From Rebecca billardiae RCC1528 (lineage: Eukaryota > Protista > Haptophyta), in contig OZ251222.1 in assembly GCA_965240325.2 (NCBI GenBank), positions 1,860,001-1,924,000 of the forward strand: a stretch of 64,000 bases of DNA, in the 5' to 3' direction. Below the pieces are notes generated by a model that saw nothing but the letters and a program-made list of their open reading frames with translations, was not told where the DNA came from and made no database searches. Positions 41,391 to 52,634 of this stretch are shown in pieces. Each line of letters starts with the position of its first letter. The stretch's first letter is position 1. A program made the position numbers and the translations under genes.

Positions 41391-42218
41391 ATGGGGCTCC
41401 TCGAGGAGATCGCCGCGCAGAAGCGGCGTGCGGAGTTCGTGGATGCGCTTTACCTTGCGACGCTCAACGGCGACCTCGAGCGCGCGCGCGCAGTCCTCGA
41501 GCCACAGCTCACCACAGGGGCGCCGGCTGGCGAGGATGACGAGAATGCGAGCGAGATCGAGGTGCCCGAGTGGAGCTTCGAGGACGCCTTCGGATGGACT
41601 CCTCTGCACTGCGCGGCCGCGCAAGGGTCTTCGGAGCTCGTGACACTTTTCCTCGACGCGGGGCTCCCCGTTGACATCTGGCACAAGAAGAACGCGCAGC
41701 GCGCACTGCACCGCGCGTCCGACGAGGGCCACGCTGGCGTGATCTCTCTGCTGGTGGAGCGAGGGGCGGCCGTCAACGCGATTGGGATCGACGGCGCGAC
41801 AGCTCTGCACCACGCCTGCGCTGCAGGGCACGTGGAGGCGATTCGCGCGCTGCTCACATGCGAGGGTATCCGGGTGAACGCTCGCACACTGCATCGACAC
41901 ACGCCGCTGATGGCTGCTGCCATGCGTGGGCACGACGCGGCGATCCGCGAGCTGCTCAGCGACGGACGCGCGCGCATCGACGCGCGCGACCAGAACGGCT
42001 GGAGTGCGCTGCATCACGCCGTCTCCGCACCTGAGCGCGCGCTCGAAGCTGCCGCCGAGCTCATCCGCGCAGGCGCGGACCGGTCCCTGCAGAGCATCGG
42101 CAGCAGGCCAGTGTTCGCCGTCGGCGCGGGGCAAGCCCTGCTTTCGGCTGTCGACGAGCTGCTCGCGGCTGAAGCGGCAGCTGCGGCCCCAGAGGCCGCG
42201 CCTGAGGCGGCCTCGTGA
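41391..42218 (+). CDS. ankyrin-repeat protein
   Basis: Repeats GWTPLHCAA, ALHRAS, GATALHHAC, TPLMAAA and GWSALHHA. Confidence 0.92.
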   Translation: MGLLEEIAAQKRRAEFVDALYLATLNGDLERARAVLEPQLTTGAPAGEDDENASEIEVPEWSFEDAFGWTPLHCAAAQGSSELVTLFLDAGLPVDIWHKKNAQRALHRASDEGHAGVISLLVERGAAVNAIGIDGATALHHACAAGHVEAIRALLTCEGIRVNARTLHRHTPLMAAAMRGHDAAIRELLSDGRARIDARDQNGWSALHHAVSAPERALEAAAELIRAGADRSLQSIGSRPVFAVGAGQALLSAVDELLAAEAAAAAPEAAPEAAS

Positions 42219-43537
42219 CAGTGCGGCCCAACGTGCGCGGCTCCAAGCTTTCGGCGGCAATCTTATTGCCTGACCCTGCGCATCCAGCATCATATCTCGT
42301 GAGCATATCTTGCCCACCCCAGGCAGCCAGCCAGCTGCCACGGCTGAACATCGGACCACGTCAAGTGCCGGCGTCGTCGCTGGCCGTTCCGCGACCGCTG
42401 CCGGCTGCCCTGCCTGTCGATCGGACCGCCGGGCAGGCAGGTGTCCCATGGCCATGGCACTGTCGGACCCGCCATACAGATTACAGGACAGTTGACTTGC
42501 TGTTGAGTGACTTCATCAATTAGACTCTTCAGACGGGCCTATAATGGCTATATAATCAGGAGACGGCGGTCATTATTTAAGACTAACAGTCTACTGCTAC
42601 CGAATCCTCACTAGTGCGGGCCAGCTGAGACACATTACACGTGACACTCGGTGCATTACCCCGCTGCCGCTGGCCGACTGCCAGTGCCACTGACGACGAC
42701 CGTTGAGACTCCGAAGACTCCGTCTCCGCCACTATCCGCGGTATCCCGCCATAGTATCCGCCCCACTATGAGGGCGCGCGTCGGCACTGCCGGCACTCGG
42801 GACCGCCGCGTTACCGACTTGCGTACCGTATGCCGTGCGGCAGCGGGCCCCGGTCCCGAAGGCGTGCTCGGAAGTGCGTCGGCGGGATCCGATGACCGAT
42901 CCGGCGGCGGGATCGGGCCTGAGTCCCTGTGACGGGCCTGAGTGTCTTGACTTTCTGAGTCGGACTCGGATTCAAATATTCATCTGCTGATCTGCTGGTG
43001 ACACTCTGTCGAGTCTGAATTGACGGGATGACTTGTGCCCGCTGCGGCTCAAGCAGGCTGCCGATGGGCATGGCAGACGTTATACAGTATGCCCTGTACA
43101 TACAGACTACTTAGTTAGAATTTGTGTATTGTGATAATTGACCAACTAGTTGCCGAACTGCGCGTTCACACACTTACGGCAGAATACGGACTACTATGCG
43201 CCATCAAGTCACCGATCATGCGGATGATGGGCACCACGCCTGGGAGCACTGCACCGCGCTGGCCAGCCTGGGCTGCGGCAGTCCGCCCTGACCCCTGTTC
43301 CCCTTTCAGTCCTTTGGTGCGACGACAGGTCACAGGACAACCAAGGGCCGGAGCGGTCTGACTCTCCCCTGGCCTGGTCTGACTGATGAGATTGAGAATC
43401 CACTATCCAGTGCCACGGTCGAGAGTCCGGTGGGGAGCTACTGTATTGTAGCTTGTCCGGCCCGGGGCGGTAGCTCTTCGTCTGGACTTTCGAGATGCTG
43501 CGCCTGCGCTGCAGAGCGACCCGAAGGCCGTATTGTA

Positions 43538-44770
43538 ATGGCGGGAAGAGCGCTGCTCGTGGGGAGCGCGCTCGCACTCGTCGGGCTGGCGTGCTCACCA
43601 CCTGCGCAGGGAGCGGCGGCGGCGGGGCGGACATTTGCCACGTGCTCACGCGGCGCGCTAGCATCATTGCGGCCAGCATCATGCGCGCGGAGGCGCGCAC
43701 GCGCGCCGCGCACATCCTCGCCTCTCCTTGCAGACTCTGTTGCCGACGATGCTGTGATCACAGAGCCGTCGTGGACGCGTGCGCTCACGCCCGCGTCGGC
43801 CCCCGACCCGTACAAGGTGGCGAAACGCGTGCTCCCCATCATTCTGGTTCACGGTCTCTGGGCCACCTGCGTCGTGATCATCCACATTGCCACGGACTTT
43901 CGGCTGCGTGCGCCCTCGCTCCTGCACACGCTGCTCGGAGGCGTGCTCGGCCTGCTGCTGGCGTTCCGGACGAACCAGGCGTATGAGCGGTACTGGAGCT
44001 CGTGCAAGCTGTGGACCCAGCTGCACGCCGCCGCGCACAACATGGCGCGCCTCGCCTCGCACCTCTCCGACAGCAAGGTGAACGACTACACCTCCATCCT
44101 GCGCCACCTGATCGCCTACCCGATCGCCCTCAAGCAGCACCTGCGGCGCGAGCGCGACGACAAGGAGTTCTGGCCGATCCTCTGGCTGTCGGAGATCGAC
44201 GCGATGATGAACGCGCGCTCGCCGCACATGGTCCTGCTGGCCTCGCTCTCGATGCTCATCCGCCCCGTCAAGCAGCGTGACGACGGCAGCGGCAAGGACC
44301 TGGCGATCTGGTCGCAGCTCGAGGGCTGCGTCACGCAGCTGCAGACCATCGCGTGCAGCCTGGAGCAGGTGGTGAAGCTGCCGCCGCCCCAGTCGTACTC
44401 GCTCCTCACCGCTCGCTTCGTCTTCCTCTGGGTTGGCACGCTGCCACTCGTGCTCGTCGGCTTCATGCGCCCGTACCTCGTCCCACCATCGATGCTGCTG
44501 GTCGCGTGGGCGCTCTACTCGACAGAGGAGCTCGCGCAGCTGATGGAGGCGCCGTTTGGCAACGCGCTGCAGCCAGAGACGGTGCCGATGGACATGTACT
44601 GCGCGCACATTGTCACCGAGCTCCAGCAGCAGGCGTTCGTGCAGCGAGCGATCGACCGCCGCATCGCCGAAAGAACATGGGTCATCAAGCCTGAGGACCT
44701 GATTGCGTACTCGGCTGTCGAGTCATCCGAGCACGACGACGCCGACGAATCAGTGACCGACGTGTCCTAG
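43538..44770 (+). CDS. bestrophin-like (UPF0187/VCCN/BST) anion channel, probably plastid-targeted
   Basis: LGLLLAFRTNQAYERYW, AYPIALKQHLR, PQSY..ARFVFLWVGTLP and EELAQLMEAPFG. N-terminal signal peptide plus Arg/Ser-rich transit-like segment. Confidence 0.88.
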   Translation: MAGRALLVGSALALVGLACSPPAQGAAAAGRTFATCSRGALASLRPASCARRRARAPRTSSPLLADSVADDAVITEPSWTRALTPASAPDPYKVAKRVLPIILVHGLWATCVVIIHIATDFRLRAPSLLHTLLGGVLGLLLAFRTNQAYERYWSSCKLWTQLHAAAHNMARLASHLSDSKVNDYTSILRHLIAYPIALKQHLRRERDDKEFWPILWLSEIDAMMNARSPHMVLLASLSMLIRPVKQRDDGSGKDLAIWSQLEGCVTQLQTIACSLEQVVKLPPPQSYSLLTARFVFLWVGTLPLVLVGFMRPYLVPPSMLLVAWALYSTEELAQLMEAPFGNALQPETVPMDMYCAHIVTELQQQAFVQRAIDRRIAERTWVIKPEDLIAYSAVESSEHDDADESVTDVS

Positions 44771-45773
44771 GCGGCCGCCGCAGCCGCTGAGTCTTGACTC
44801 TGCGGGGGCCGCCGAACCGTGCCAGTGCCAGGTGGGTCGAAGGAGCCTGCGAGCAGGACATGACGACGATGATGAATCATCTGTGAGACTTCGGAGCAGA
44901 GTAGTCACGACTCGGCAAGACTGATATTAGATGTAAATATATAATGACCGGGTCTCATAAATAACAATATAATCAGCGGCATCAGTAATATATCCGCGAG
45001 CTCGCGTGATATATATATGCGCGCATGATGATGACGCATCAATATGTGCTGACGATCGATGCGACGCTGGCGGCATGTGTCACAGACAGTAGACACCTTA
45101 GACAATCTGAGTTGATACGTACTCGCTCGGAGCCCACTGGGCCACTGAGTACTGCTGACGGTCCCATCGGACTGAGTGATCGGTCGTCCTGAACGACTCG
45201 GTCAGTCTGGGACGGTCGGTCAAACGGTCACTGCTACTGACGCGATCGATGTGCACTGCTCGTCTCGAAGCTGATAACCTTCGGGACTAAATAACGGACG
45301 ATCCTAGCACTGCGCGCCTCGCGTGCGCCCGTTCCCGCGTCCCGGGTGGCCCATCGGCACTAGCTTTAAAAATCGTCATCGTCGTCAGAGACTGTCTACA
45401 CCAATAGTCAATAGACTAGAGAGTCGTCATCACCATCAACTGACAGTAGCAGCTTACCGCCGCTGATGCCAACGAACACGCAGCTAGCAGAGTTAAACCG
45501 TCACTGCGCGCTAAGAGTAAGAATGAACAGACACACATCACAGCTCAGGCAGGCGAGATACAGTAGTTCAATAGTTTAAGATTAGGAGTAGATAGATTAC
45601 AGTATTCGTGCGCGCTCACGACTCGTAGCTAGTCACCAGCTACTAGCTAGCCAGCTCTGCTAGTTGACGACTCGGCTCGGCGGGGCACGGCCCCGCGGGG
45701 CAGCGGGCAGCGGGCCCCTGAATGCCCGGCGATGCCGCGCGGCACTCGCCGGTCTAAGCGGTCGATCCTGGGC

Positions 45774-47411
45774 TCACAGATGCGCGTACTCGAGCAGCAG
45801 GGACGAGGTCGAGAAGCTGGACATGTTCTCTGGGTCATCGCCTATTCGCTCGACGGCCACCGCGAGGAAGAGTCGGCCATCGCGCGAGACAAAGTGATGC
45901 GCGAATGTTGCGCAGCCTGTTGGCACGGCCTGCACGAGGGCCAGGTGGAGATGACCAGACGCCGTGTGCCGCACCGAGTACACATCGGTGGTCGCGTTGC
46001 AGTGAGTCCCGTCCCCTTGGTTGGGGACCACCAGCAGACCTCCGCGCGGACCAGCCGGAGGGATGTACTCCAAGTCATGCGCGCCCGCCGTGTCCATGGC
46101 CGCGGCAAGCTGCAGCTCGCGGCCATGCTCGCCGCGCTCATCGAGCCAGTACACAGCCGACTGCACGCGCTGTGTCTCATCCGAGCGCACGTTCGCGATG
46201 CCCAGAGCAAGCCGCTGTTCGCTCGTCGCCTCACGCTCGATTGCGAAGCACTCCGCATCGTGCGCTCCGCTGGTGGCAACCGAGGCCCAGGGTGCGAACA
46301 CACCGTGCTGGCCACTGCCGAGCACGAAGAGTTGCGAGCGCGTGGCGAACGTGCGGCCGGTGTGCCACTGCGCCGCGACGAGGACGACGCCCCCCGCATC
46401 GGTCTCGCAGTGCGCAAACGCTGCGACCCCGCGCACCTCGAGCGCCTGGAGGGGCTCCCACCGCTCTCGAGTGCGCGACCACTCAAACACGTGCACTCCG
46501 TGCGTGGCGTTCGCCGCGGTGGCAAGCGCGAGGAGATGGCGATCCGCAGCGGTGACGCGCACGTAATGTGCCGCGCAGGCACCGGGTGCGTGCAGCACCT
46601 GAACGACCGCGAACGGAGACGGGCCAGCCGAGCTCTCATTGCAGCCGCAGCTGTGCGCACACGATGCCGACATGAAAGATGGGTTCCGCGCACACTCACC
46701 CGCGTGTGCCCACGCGCTACACCGAGCGTCGGCATCGACGCAGTCGGGGCGCTCCACGACAGAAGGCGTCCCGTCTGTCCGGAGCTCGAAGACGAGGGAG
46801 ACGTCGGAGCCATAGTTGGCAAGAACAAGCTGCGCGCGTCCATCAATGTCGGGCATGGCTGCCCAGTCATGAGCCATATGGCTCCTGATGGACTGGACGT
46901 GCTCGATCATGCCCGTCTCCGTGCTGAAGGAGTAGATAGCGGACTGTGCACCATAGTAGTTGGCCACAGCGATGTACACCACGTCGCCTTCTGCCGTGGC
47001 CCTCAAGCTAGCGATGCCCGCTGCAGCGTGCGACGGGAGGGTGCCGATGACCCTGAATGCCCGTTCCTCGCCTGGGAAATTTGTGGCTAATCGGGCAGAA
47101 CGCGCAGAGGGGCGCATGGGTGCGACGCTCGAAGTGTGCTGCGGGAGATACAGGGTCATGGCGACCAAAGTCGCCGCCAATGCCAGCGCGAGGCTGAACA
47201 ACACCAGCGAGATGCACCGTCTGCGCTGCATCCTCGTCTGCCGCCATGCTGATGCTGCTCGTTCTTTTTTCTCATGAATAACCGGCGGAGTATCCAGAAC
47301 TACGACGCTTCCGACGCCTCGCGGCAGCTTGACAGCTTCGGCGCAAGTGAGCAGGCGCTCGAGACGCCGCCTTTCAATGATAATCAAACCACTGCTGGTC
47401 ACTGCGGCCAT
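45774..47411 (-). CDS. EPTP/EAR-repeat beta-propeller protein with inserted ShK domain, membrane-anchored
   Basis: Repeats YIAVANY..SAIYSF, LVLANY, SAVYW and GAHDLEY. ShKT motif CVDADARCSAWAHAGECARNPSFMSASCAHSCGC. N-terminal TM. The start may be at 47230. Confidence 0.78.
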   Translation of the reverse strand: MAAVTSSGLIIIERRRLERLLTCAEAVKLPRGVGSVVVLDTPPVIHEKKERAASAWRQTRMQRRRCISLVLFSLALALAATLVAMTLYLPQHTSSVAPMRPSARSARLATNFPGEERAFRVIGTLPSHAAAGIASLRATAEGDVVYIAVANYYGAQSAIYSFSTETGMIEHVQSIRSHMAHDWAAMPDIDGRAQLVLANYGSDVSLVFELRTDGTPSVVERPDCVDADARCSAWAHAGECARNPSFMSASCAHSCGCNESSAGPSPFAVVQVLHAPGACAAHYVRVTAADRHLLALATAANATHGVHVFEWSRTRERWEPLQALEVRGVAAFAHCETDAGGVVLVAAQWHTGRTFATRSQLFVLGSGQHGVFAPWASVATSGAHDAECFAIEREATSEQRLALGIANVRSDETQRVQSAVYWLDERGEHGRELQLAAAMDTAGAHDLEYIPPAGPRGGLLVVPNQGDGTHCNATTDVYSVRHTASGHLHLALVQAVPTGCATFAHHFVSRDGRLFLAVAVERIGDDPENMSSFSTSSLLLEYAHL

Positions 47412-47420
47412 GCGATGCCA

Positions 47421-48662
47421 TCAGTCTGACCCACCGCTGCCACCCCTGTAGCCGTGACGCTCGGTCCCTGCACCACCAGCAGTGCCGCCAGCGCCGCCGT
47501 GTCGACCGGCGGCGCGTGCCTCGGCAGCCGCTGCTGCGCGTGCGCGCGCATCCATGGGGCCCGCCATGCCGCTAGCAGCGACAGCTCCTGACGCCGGGAC
47601 CGCCGTGCTCGCTGCTGCCTCCGCGGCGGCAGGCGGTCCCGCGGGGATCCCAGCGCTCCCTCCGAGCACGCGACCACGCTCAGCACTGCCGCTGTCCGTG
47701 GAGACGAACGCGCAGTGCTCGCGAACTGCCGGCTCGAGCGACGCGGCCATCTCTGGCCCGATCTCGGCAGCAAGCCCTCGCAGCACTGAGCGTGCGATGA
47801 TCTCCAAGCCGCCGGCGCAGTCGGCGTGCACGCCGGCTCGCGAGGCCGTGGTCACGCCGTCGATCAGGGTGCCGCTCGCCGCGATGCGCATGTGCTCGTG
47901 CAGGTACTCCACGCGCATCTGCGCGAAGAGCGTCCAGAACAACTTATTGTGTGGCCCGACCCAGTTGTGCGCCAGCTCGTGGATCAGCGTCTCCACCAGC
48001 CTGGGGTAGGGCATGAAGCCGGCGAGGTCGTCCGTGCGCAGCTTGATGTCGATGCGCATGCCGTGGTTCGTGTTGTACCCGAGCAGATCGCCGCCCTCGC
48101 CGCGCTTCGCCTTCATCAGCCGGTCGTCAATCGGGTCCATCTCGCCGAGCGTGCCGACCACGAGCTCTCGCGCGCGCATGCACGCGACGACGCCCGGGTC
48201 GGCCGCGAGCTTCTCGAGGAGCTGGCGCGCCGCGAAGGCGTGCGGCGTCTGGGAGCCCGGTCGATGGCCAAACTGCTGCCAGCTCACGGCCTCAATGCGG
48301 GAGAAGCGGTAGTTGGGGTCCTGGCCCGAGCCCCAGTCGGGACAGATCTTGGCGCCCGCGAGCTCCTTCTTGCGAAGCTCTTCGGCCTCGTCCTCCTGGA
48401 CAAAGCCGCGCACGGTTGGGTCCGCACGCGACGCATTCAGCTCCTCGGCTGACTGGCGGCTCGTCGCCATGACCATCACCTTGCCCATCGCGCCGGCCGG
48501 GAGCGGGCTGTCCGCGGCGAGCTGCTTGCCCTTTGCAAGGAGGCGGACGTCGAAGGCCTCCTCGGAGAGGTCGAAGGCGGCGCGCGCCTGGGTGAGAAGT
48601 TCGTGCACGGTGGACACGGCGCCGGCGTCGTGGGTTCGTCCGCGGTACACGAGAGCGACCAT
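47421..48662 (-). CDS. UBL-WLM (Wss1-like) zinc metalloprotease
   Basis: N-terminal UBL (TVHELL..VRLLAKGKQL..KVMVMA) and WLM motifs LEKLAADPG..VGTLGEMDP..LLGYNTNHG..IKLRTDD..TLIHELAHN..H..FW. Confidence 0.9.
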   Translation of the reverse strand: MVALVYRGRTHDAGAVSTVHELLTQARAAFDLSEEAFDVRLLAKGKQLAADSPLPAGAMGKVMVMATSRQSAEELNASRADPTVRGFVQEDEAEELRKKELAGAKICPDWGSGQDPNYRFSRIEAVSWQQFGHRPGSQTPHAFAARQLLEKLAADPGVVACMRARELVVGTLGEMDPIDDRLMKAKRGEGGDLLGYNTNHGMRIDIKLRTDDLAGFMPYPRLVETLIHELAHNWVGPHNKLFWTLFAQMRVEYLHEHMRIAASGTLIDGVTTASRAGVHADCAGGLEIIARSVLRGLAAEIGPEMAASLEPAVREHCAFVSTDSGSAERGRVLGGSAGIPAGPPAAAEAAASTAVPASGAVAASGMAGPMDARARAAAAAEARAAGRHGGAGGTAGGAGTERHGYRGGSGGSD

Positions 48663-48855
48663 GGCAGTGGTGGAGGCGTTGGGGTGGAGGACGCGCTTCT
48701 GGAAGATGGTGAAGTGCAAGCTCTGAAGCCGAGGTAAAAGCCCGAGCCGAGACAGACTCCCGCCGCGGTACAATACGACGCTCACGATGGCTGCCTGACG
48801 CCGAGCGCGCTTCACCCCCCCTCCCCCCGCCCACGCGTCGAGCTCGAGTGCGCCC

Positions 48856-49548
48856 ATGCAGCCGCCTGTCGCGGGCGCGATCCTGATCGGCTACCAGCTG
48901 GCTCTCGCCGGCACGCACCAGCTCCTCCTCAACCACATCTCGCCCAACCTGATCAATCGGCTGCTGAGCTCGGTGAACGCCATGATCATCTTCACCACCG
49001 CCTGCGCGGCACTCGCCTCAGGGCCGCCTTCAGATGCGCCGCCCATCACTCCCGTGGCGGCTGTGGGGATCGAGTGCATGCTCGGGTTCCTGATCTTTGA
49101 CACGGTGATAGGCCTCATTCAAGGCTTCGAATCATCACCCCGCCTCATGCTCGCCCACCATTTGATGGGGATCTTGTCCGAGGGGCTGACGCTCTGTCTT
49201 GGCGTGGGCGCGTACTGCACGATCGTCGTGCACCTAGCGGAGGGAAGCACACCTCTGCTCCACGTGAGCTGGCTTCTGCTCAAGCGAGGGCAGCAGAAGA
49301 CGACCGGCTTCGTCGCAACGGGCGTGCTGCTCGTGGCGTCGTTCTGCGTGCTCCGTGTGATCCTGCCCGCGCTGCTGCTCGGCGGACACATGGCGACACC
49401 CGCTGGGCGCGCGCTTTGGGGCGACTACTCGGCCGTCTACTGGCTGCAGCTCGCAGTCGTTGTTGTCTTCTGGCTCTTGAACGTCTTCTGGTTCGTGAAG
49501 CTGCTCAGAGTAGCTGCCCCTGGGGACAAGTCTGCGCGAGTATCGTGA
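48856..49548 (+). CDS. TLC (TRAM/LAG1/CLN8) domain membrane protein
   Basis: Multi-TM protein with RLLSSVNA, FLIFD, LAHH, EGSTPLLHVSW, F..LRV and LNVFWF. Confidence 0.85.
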   Translation: MQPPVAGAILIGYQLALAGTHQLLLNHISPNLINRLLSSVNAMIIFTTACAALASGPPSDAPPITPVAAVGIECMLGFLIFDTVIGLIQGFESSPRLMLAHHLMGILSEGLTLCLGVGAYCTIVVHLAEGSTPLLHVSWLLLKRGQQKTTGFVATGVLLVASFCVLRVILPALLLGGHMATPAGRALWGDYSAVYWLQLAVVVVFWLLNVFWFVKLLRVAAPGDKSARVS

Positions 49549-50517
49549 CGATGATGAATCGTCTTCAATGAGTAAGCTAGCTGCTACACAGTATGATACT
49601 GATGACTGACGACGTGACCGTTGACGATCGATCCGCATGTCAATGATGAAGCTACGACGAAGTCGTATCGGAGCTGGGTCTCCCAGGGCCAGAGCTTTGA
49701 ATAGATTAATTAAGTTATTCTTTTATATTTATAAATGATAATAAATAAGCTACAGTGCATGACTTCACCAGAATTACTTACGGTTTAGTGAGCTACTTCT
49801 GCTACTTGCACTGCACTTCCACTAGACATTATTTTCTATTAAGCTAGTCATCACCGTAGAATACGGTAACGGTATCGGGTATTAAACAGTGCACTTTACA
49901 TAATATAACGCCGCAGTAATTGAATTATAAATAAGTGCCGATCTGATAAGTATGAGTGTCGTAACGGGCCTCACGGACACGGAGCAGCGGAGCTAGCTAC
50001 AGCGCGGCCGAATTAGTATGGCGCTGGCGTTCAGAACCATGCGCTGGTGACGAGACTCTGCAGTCTGCTGCTGGCTGGCGTCACACATCATCACGACCGC
50101 ACGCGGCACGGCCTCCAAGTCGCCTCGGTCCGGTGTCCCCACTCGCCCAGGCTTCCCGGGGCCGCTGACTGCGTCGCAGACCACGTCCAGCACGTGCCGC
50201 TTCGAGGACCAACCGATGCCCGATCACGACGCGACACGCCGCCGCCCGCGGACCAGACGACTCGGCCGCCTACCCAGCGAGACGAGCTCCGCGAGTCACC
50301 AGCTGATTGTTCGCACCTTCGATTCACGCCATACGAATCGTCGTCCGCCAATTCACCATTGAGGTGATCTGCACCACGAAGTGAGCCCCCATCGAGCACG
50401 GCGGTTCCAGATCACTCGAGCAGTGGCTTGGCGTCGAAGAGGTGCGTGGGTGAGTTCAGCACTGCGTGAAGGCCAGCTCCCAGGGGCTGAGCTGCGACAT
50501 CGAGCGGGCACCGCCAC

Positions 50518-52151
50518 TCACCAGTCGCCGAAGAACTGCTGGTCCTGGCTCGGCTGCGCAGCGCGCGCACGGGCGAGCGTGGGGGCGAGGGGGTGTGGGG
50601 AGTGTGAGCACTTCGGCGGACTGCCGCGTCTCGCGGGGCCGCTCGGCGCGGGCTGTGCGCGCGCGGGCGCACCTGGAGCAGTGGGCCGGACTCCTCCGTC
50701 GAGTCGGCATACTTGTCGTACTGCCGCGTGTCACTGGGCCCATCGACCTCGGGCACGATCGGCGCCTGCATCTGCTTGTTGTACAGCTGCGCCCAGTTCA
50801 GGCCCCGGAACCACTTGTGCTTTTTGATGTCCTCGGCAGCATTCTTGAGGTTGCCGATGCGCTTTGTGCGGTCTGCGGTGAGCAGCTTGCGCACCAGGTC
50901 GCGCGCGTGCGTCTCAAAGTGGCGCGGGAACTCGAGCTTGCCCGCGAGGATCTTCTGGTAGATGCCAAACGGGTTCTCGTCGTAGAAGGGCGGGTAGCCC
51001 GCGAGCATCTCGTAGATGAGGATGCCCAGCGCCCACCAGTCGACGGCCTTCCCGTGGCCTTTGGACTGGATGATCTCCGGCGCGAGGTATTCCGGCGTGC
51101 CGCACAGCGTCCATGTTCTGCGCGCAGGCAAGGGGGCGGTCGGGTGGCTCGGTGAGCGGGGTAGAGGCGCGCGAGACCTCGCTGCCACCGCCGCCAGTCA
51201 CCGCCGCCACTGCGCTCACCTGTCCTCGACGTACTTGGCGAAGCCGAAGTCTGTGATTTTGAGGTACCCCTCGTCGTCTAGCAGCAAATTCTCCGGCTTG
51301 AGGTCGCGGTAGACGACGCCCTCGGTGTGCAGCGCCTGGATCGCCATCACGATCTGCGCGGCGTAGAAGCGGCACTGCTCGTTCGGGAACTTCCCCGCCT
51401 TGCGCAGGTGCGTGAAGAGCTCGCCACCGCACACGTACTCCAGCACCATGTAGAGGTTGCGCTCGTCCTGGAAGACGCCGTAGCTGCGCACGCGCGCGCG
51501 CGCGCAACGCGGCGGAGCGCAACGGCGCGTGCCGAGGGCACGGGGGCAGCGGCGGTGGGTGCGTGTGCGTGCGCGCGTGCAGGGAGAGCCCACGCGGCCC
51601 CGACCCTGCCTTTGAGCAGCGGCGCTCTTCACGTGCCGGCCTGATGGCTCGACGCGAGCCAGCGGCCGCGCCGCGCACGAGCAGATGCGCAGGCCGGCTG
51701 CGCGCGCACAGGGTGACAATGAAGGGATGCGCCACGTTGGTGAGGATCTCCTTCTCGTTCTTGATGTGCTCAACCTGCTTCAAGCGCACGACCTCCGACT
51801 TCTTCAGGATCTTGAGCGCCTGGTAGCGCCCCGTGTCCGTGTGCCTGCACAGCCGCACCCGACCGAAAGTGCCGGTGCCTGCGCAGGCAGGCGTGATCGT
51901 GGTCGCACGGGCGGCGCGCAGCGTGCGTGTCAGGGACTGCAGGCGCGGTGTGGATGCCACCCGGCGCTCCTATGAGCGACGCTATGGCGCCTCCTCCGCC
52001 TCAGGCGCGCACCGAGCGTGTCGAGGACGTCAAATGCCTCAAGCTTCGCTGATTTGGCAAAGATGCTGCGAAGCGTCGATGTGTTCGCCGCGTGCGTGTC
52101 CTCCGCGGGCGTCTTCGCCTTGCTCGCCGTGGTGTCCTTTTTGCTGAACAT
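50518..52151 (-). CDS. PKA-C: cAMP-dependent protein kinase catalytic subunit; exons 52151-52013, 51878-51710, 51483-51220, 51117-50673, 50553-50518
   Basis: TLG|[55 protein letters not shown]|[31 protein letters not shown], with last exon [11 protein letters not shown]. Four GT..AG introns restore the frame. Confidence 0.95.
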
Positions 52152-52634
52152 CCTGAGCGCGCAGAGCCACTCCTGTGGGCCGTCTACGCCCCAGTCGCGC
52201 GCCCCCGGCCGGTCCCCGGCGACACCCAAGGCCTGCGCACAAGCCGCTCGCGGATGGTGGGCGGCCAAACAAGCAACAGACGCTTTGCGTCCTGCCTGCC
52301 GTGTCGGGGCTGCCTTGTAACCGCTCGGCTGCGCAGTAATCAATTGCCCCCACTGTACCCACCTATAAGGCAGATGAAAGGAGTCCGCTCATTAAACGCT
52401 TAGGAGTACTAGTGCGAAGGTACCCGCTCTACTATGATGGGGAACTTCACAGTATCTGACGAAATGAAGACGGCTTCAGGCCTTGGTCAGCATGGCTGCC
52501 GGCCACTTGATGAAGCTCGCCCCTCAGTTGGAGGTCTGGCCTCAAGGGCGCCCGAGCTCAGCTACACGAGAACATGCAAGGGTATCGAGTATGCTAGACC
52601 GCTAGATTGCCCAGTGTCAAGTCCAGCTGCCAAA

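Noticed and set aside
52363-52373. CTATAAGGCAG identical to the reconstituted empty target site of the TIR element
   Set aside because: An 11-bp match that could be chance or a TATA-like motif, with no supporting flanking similarity.
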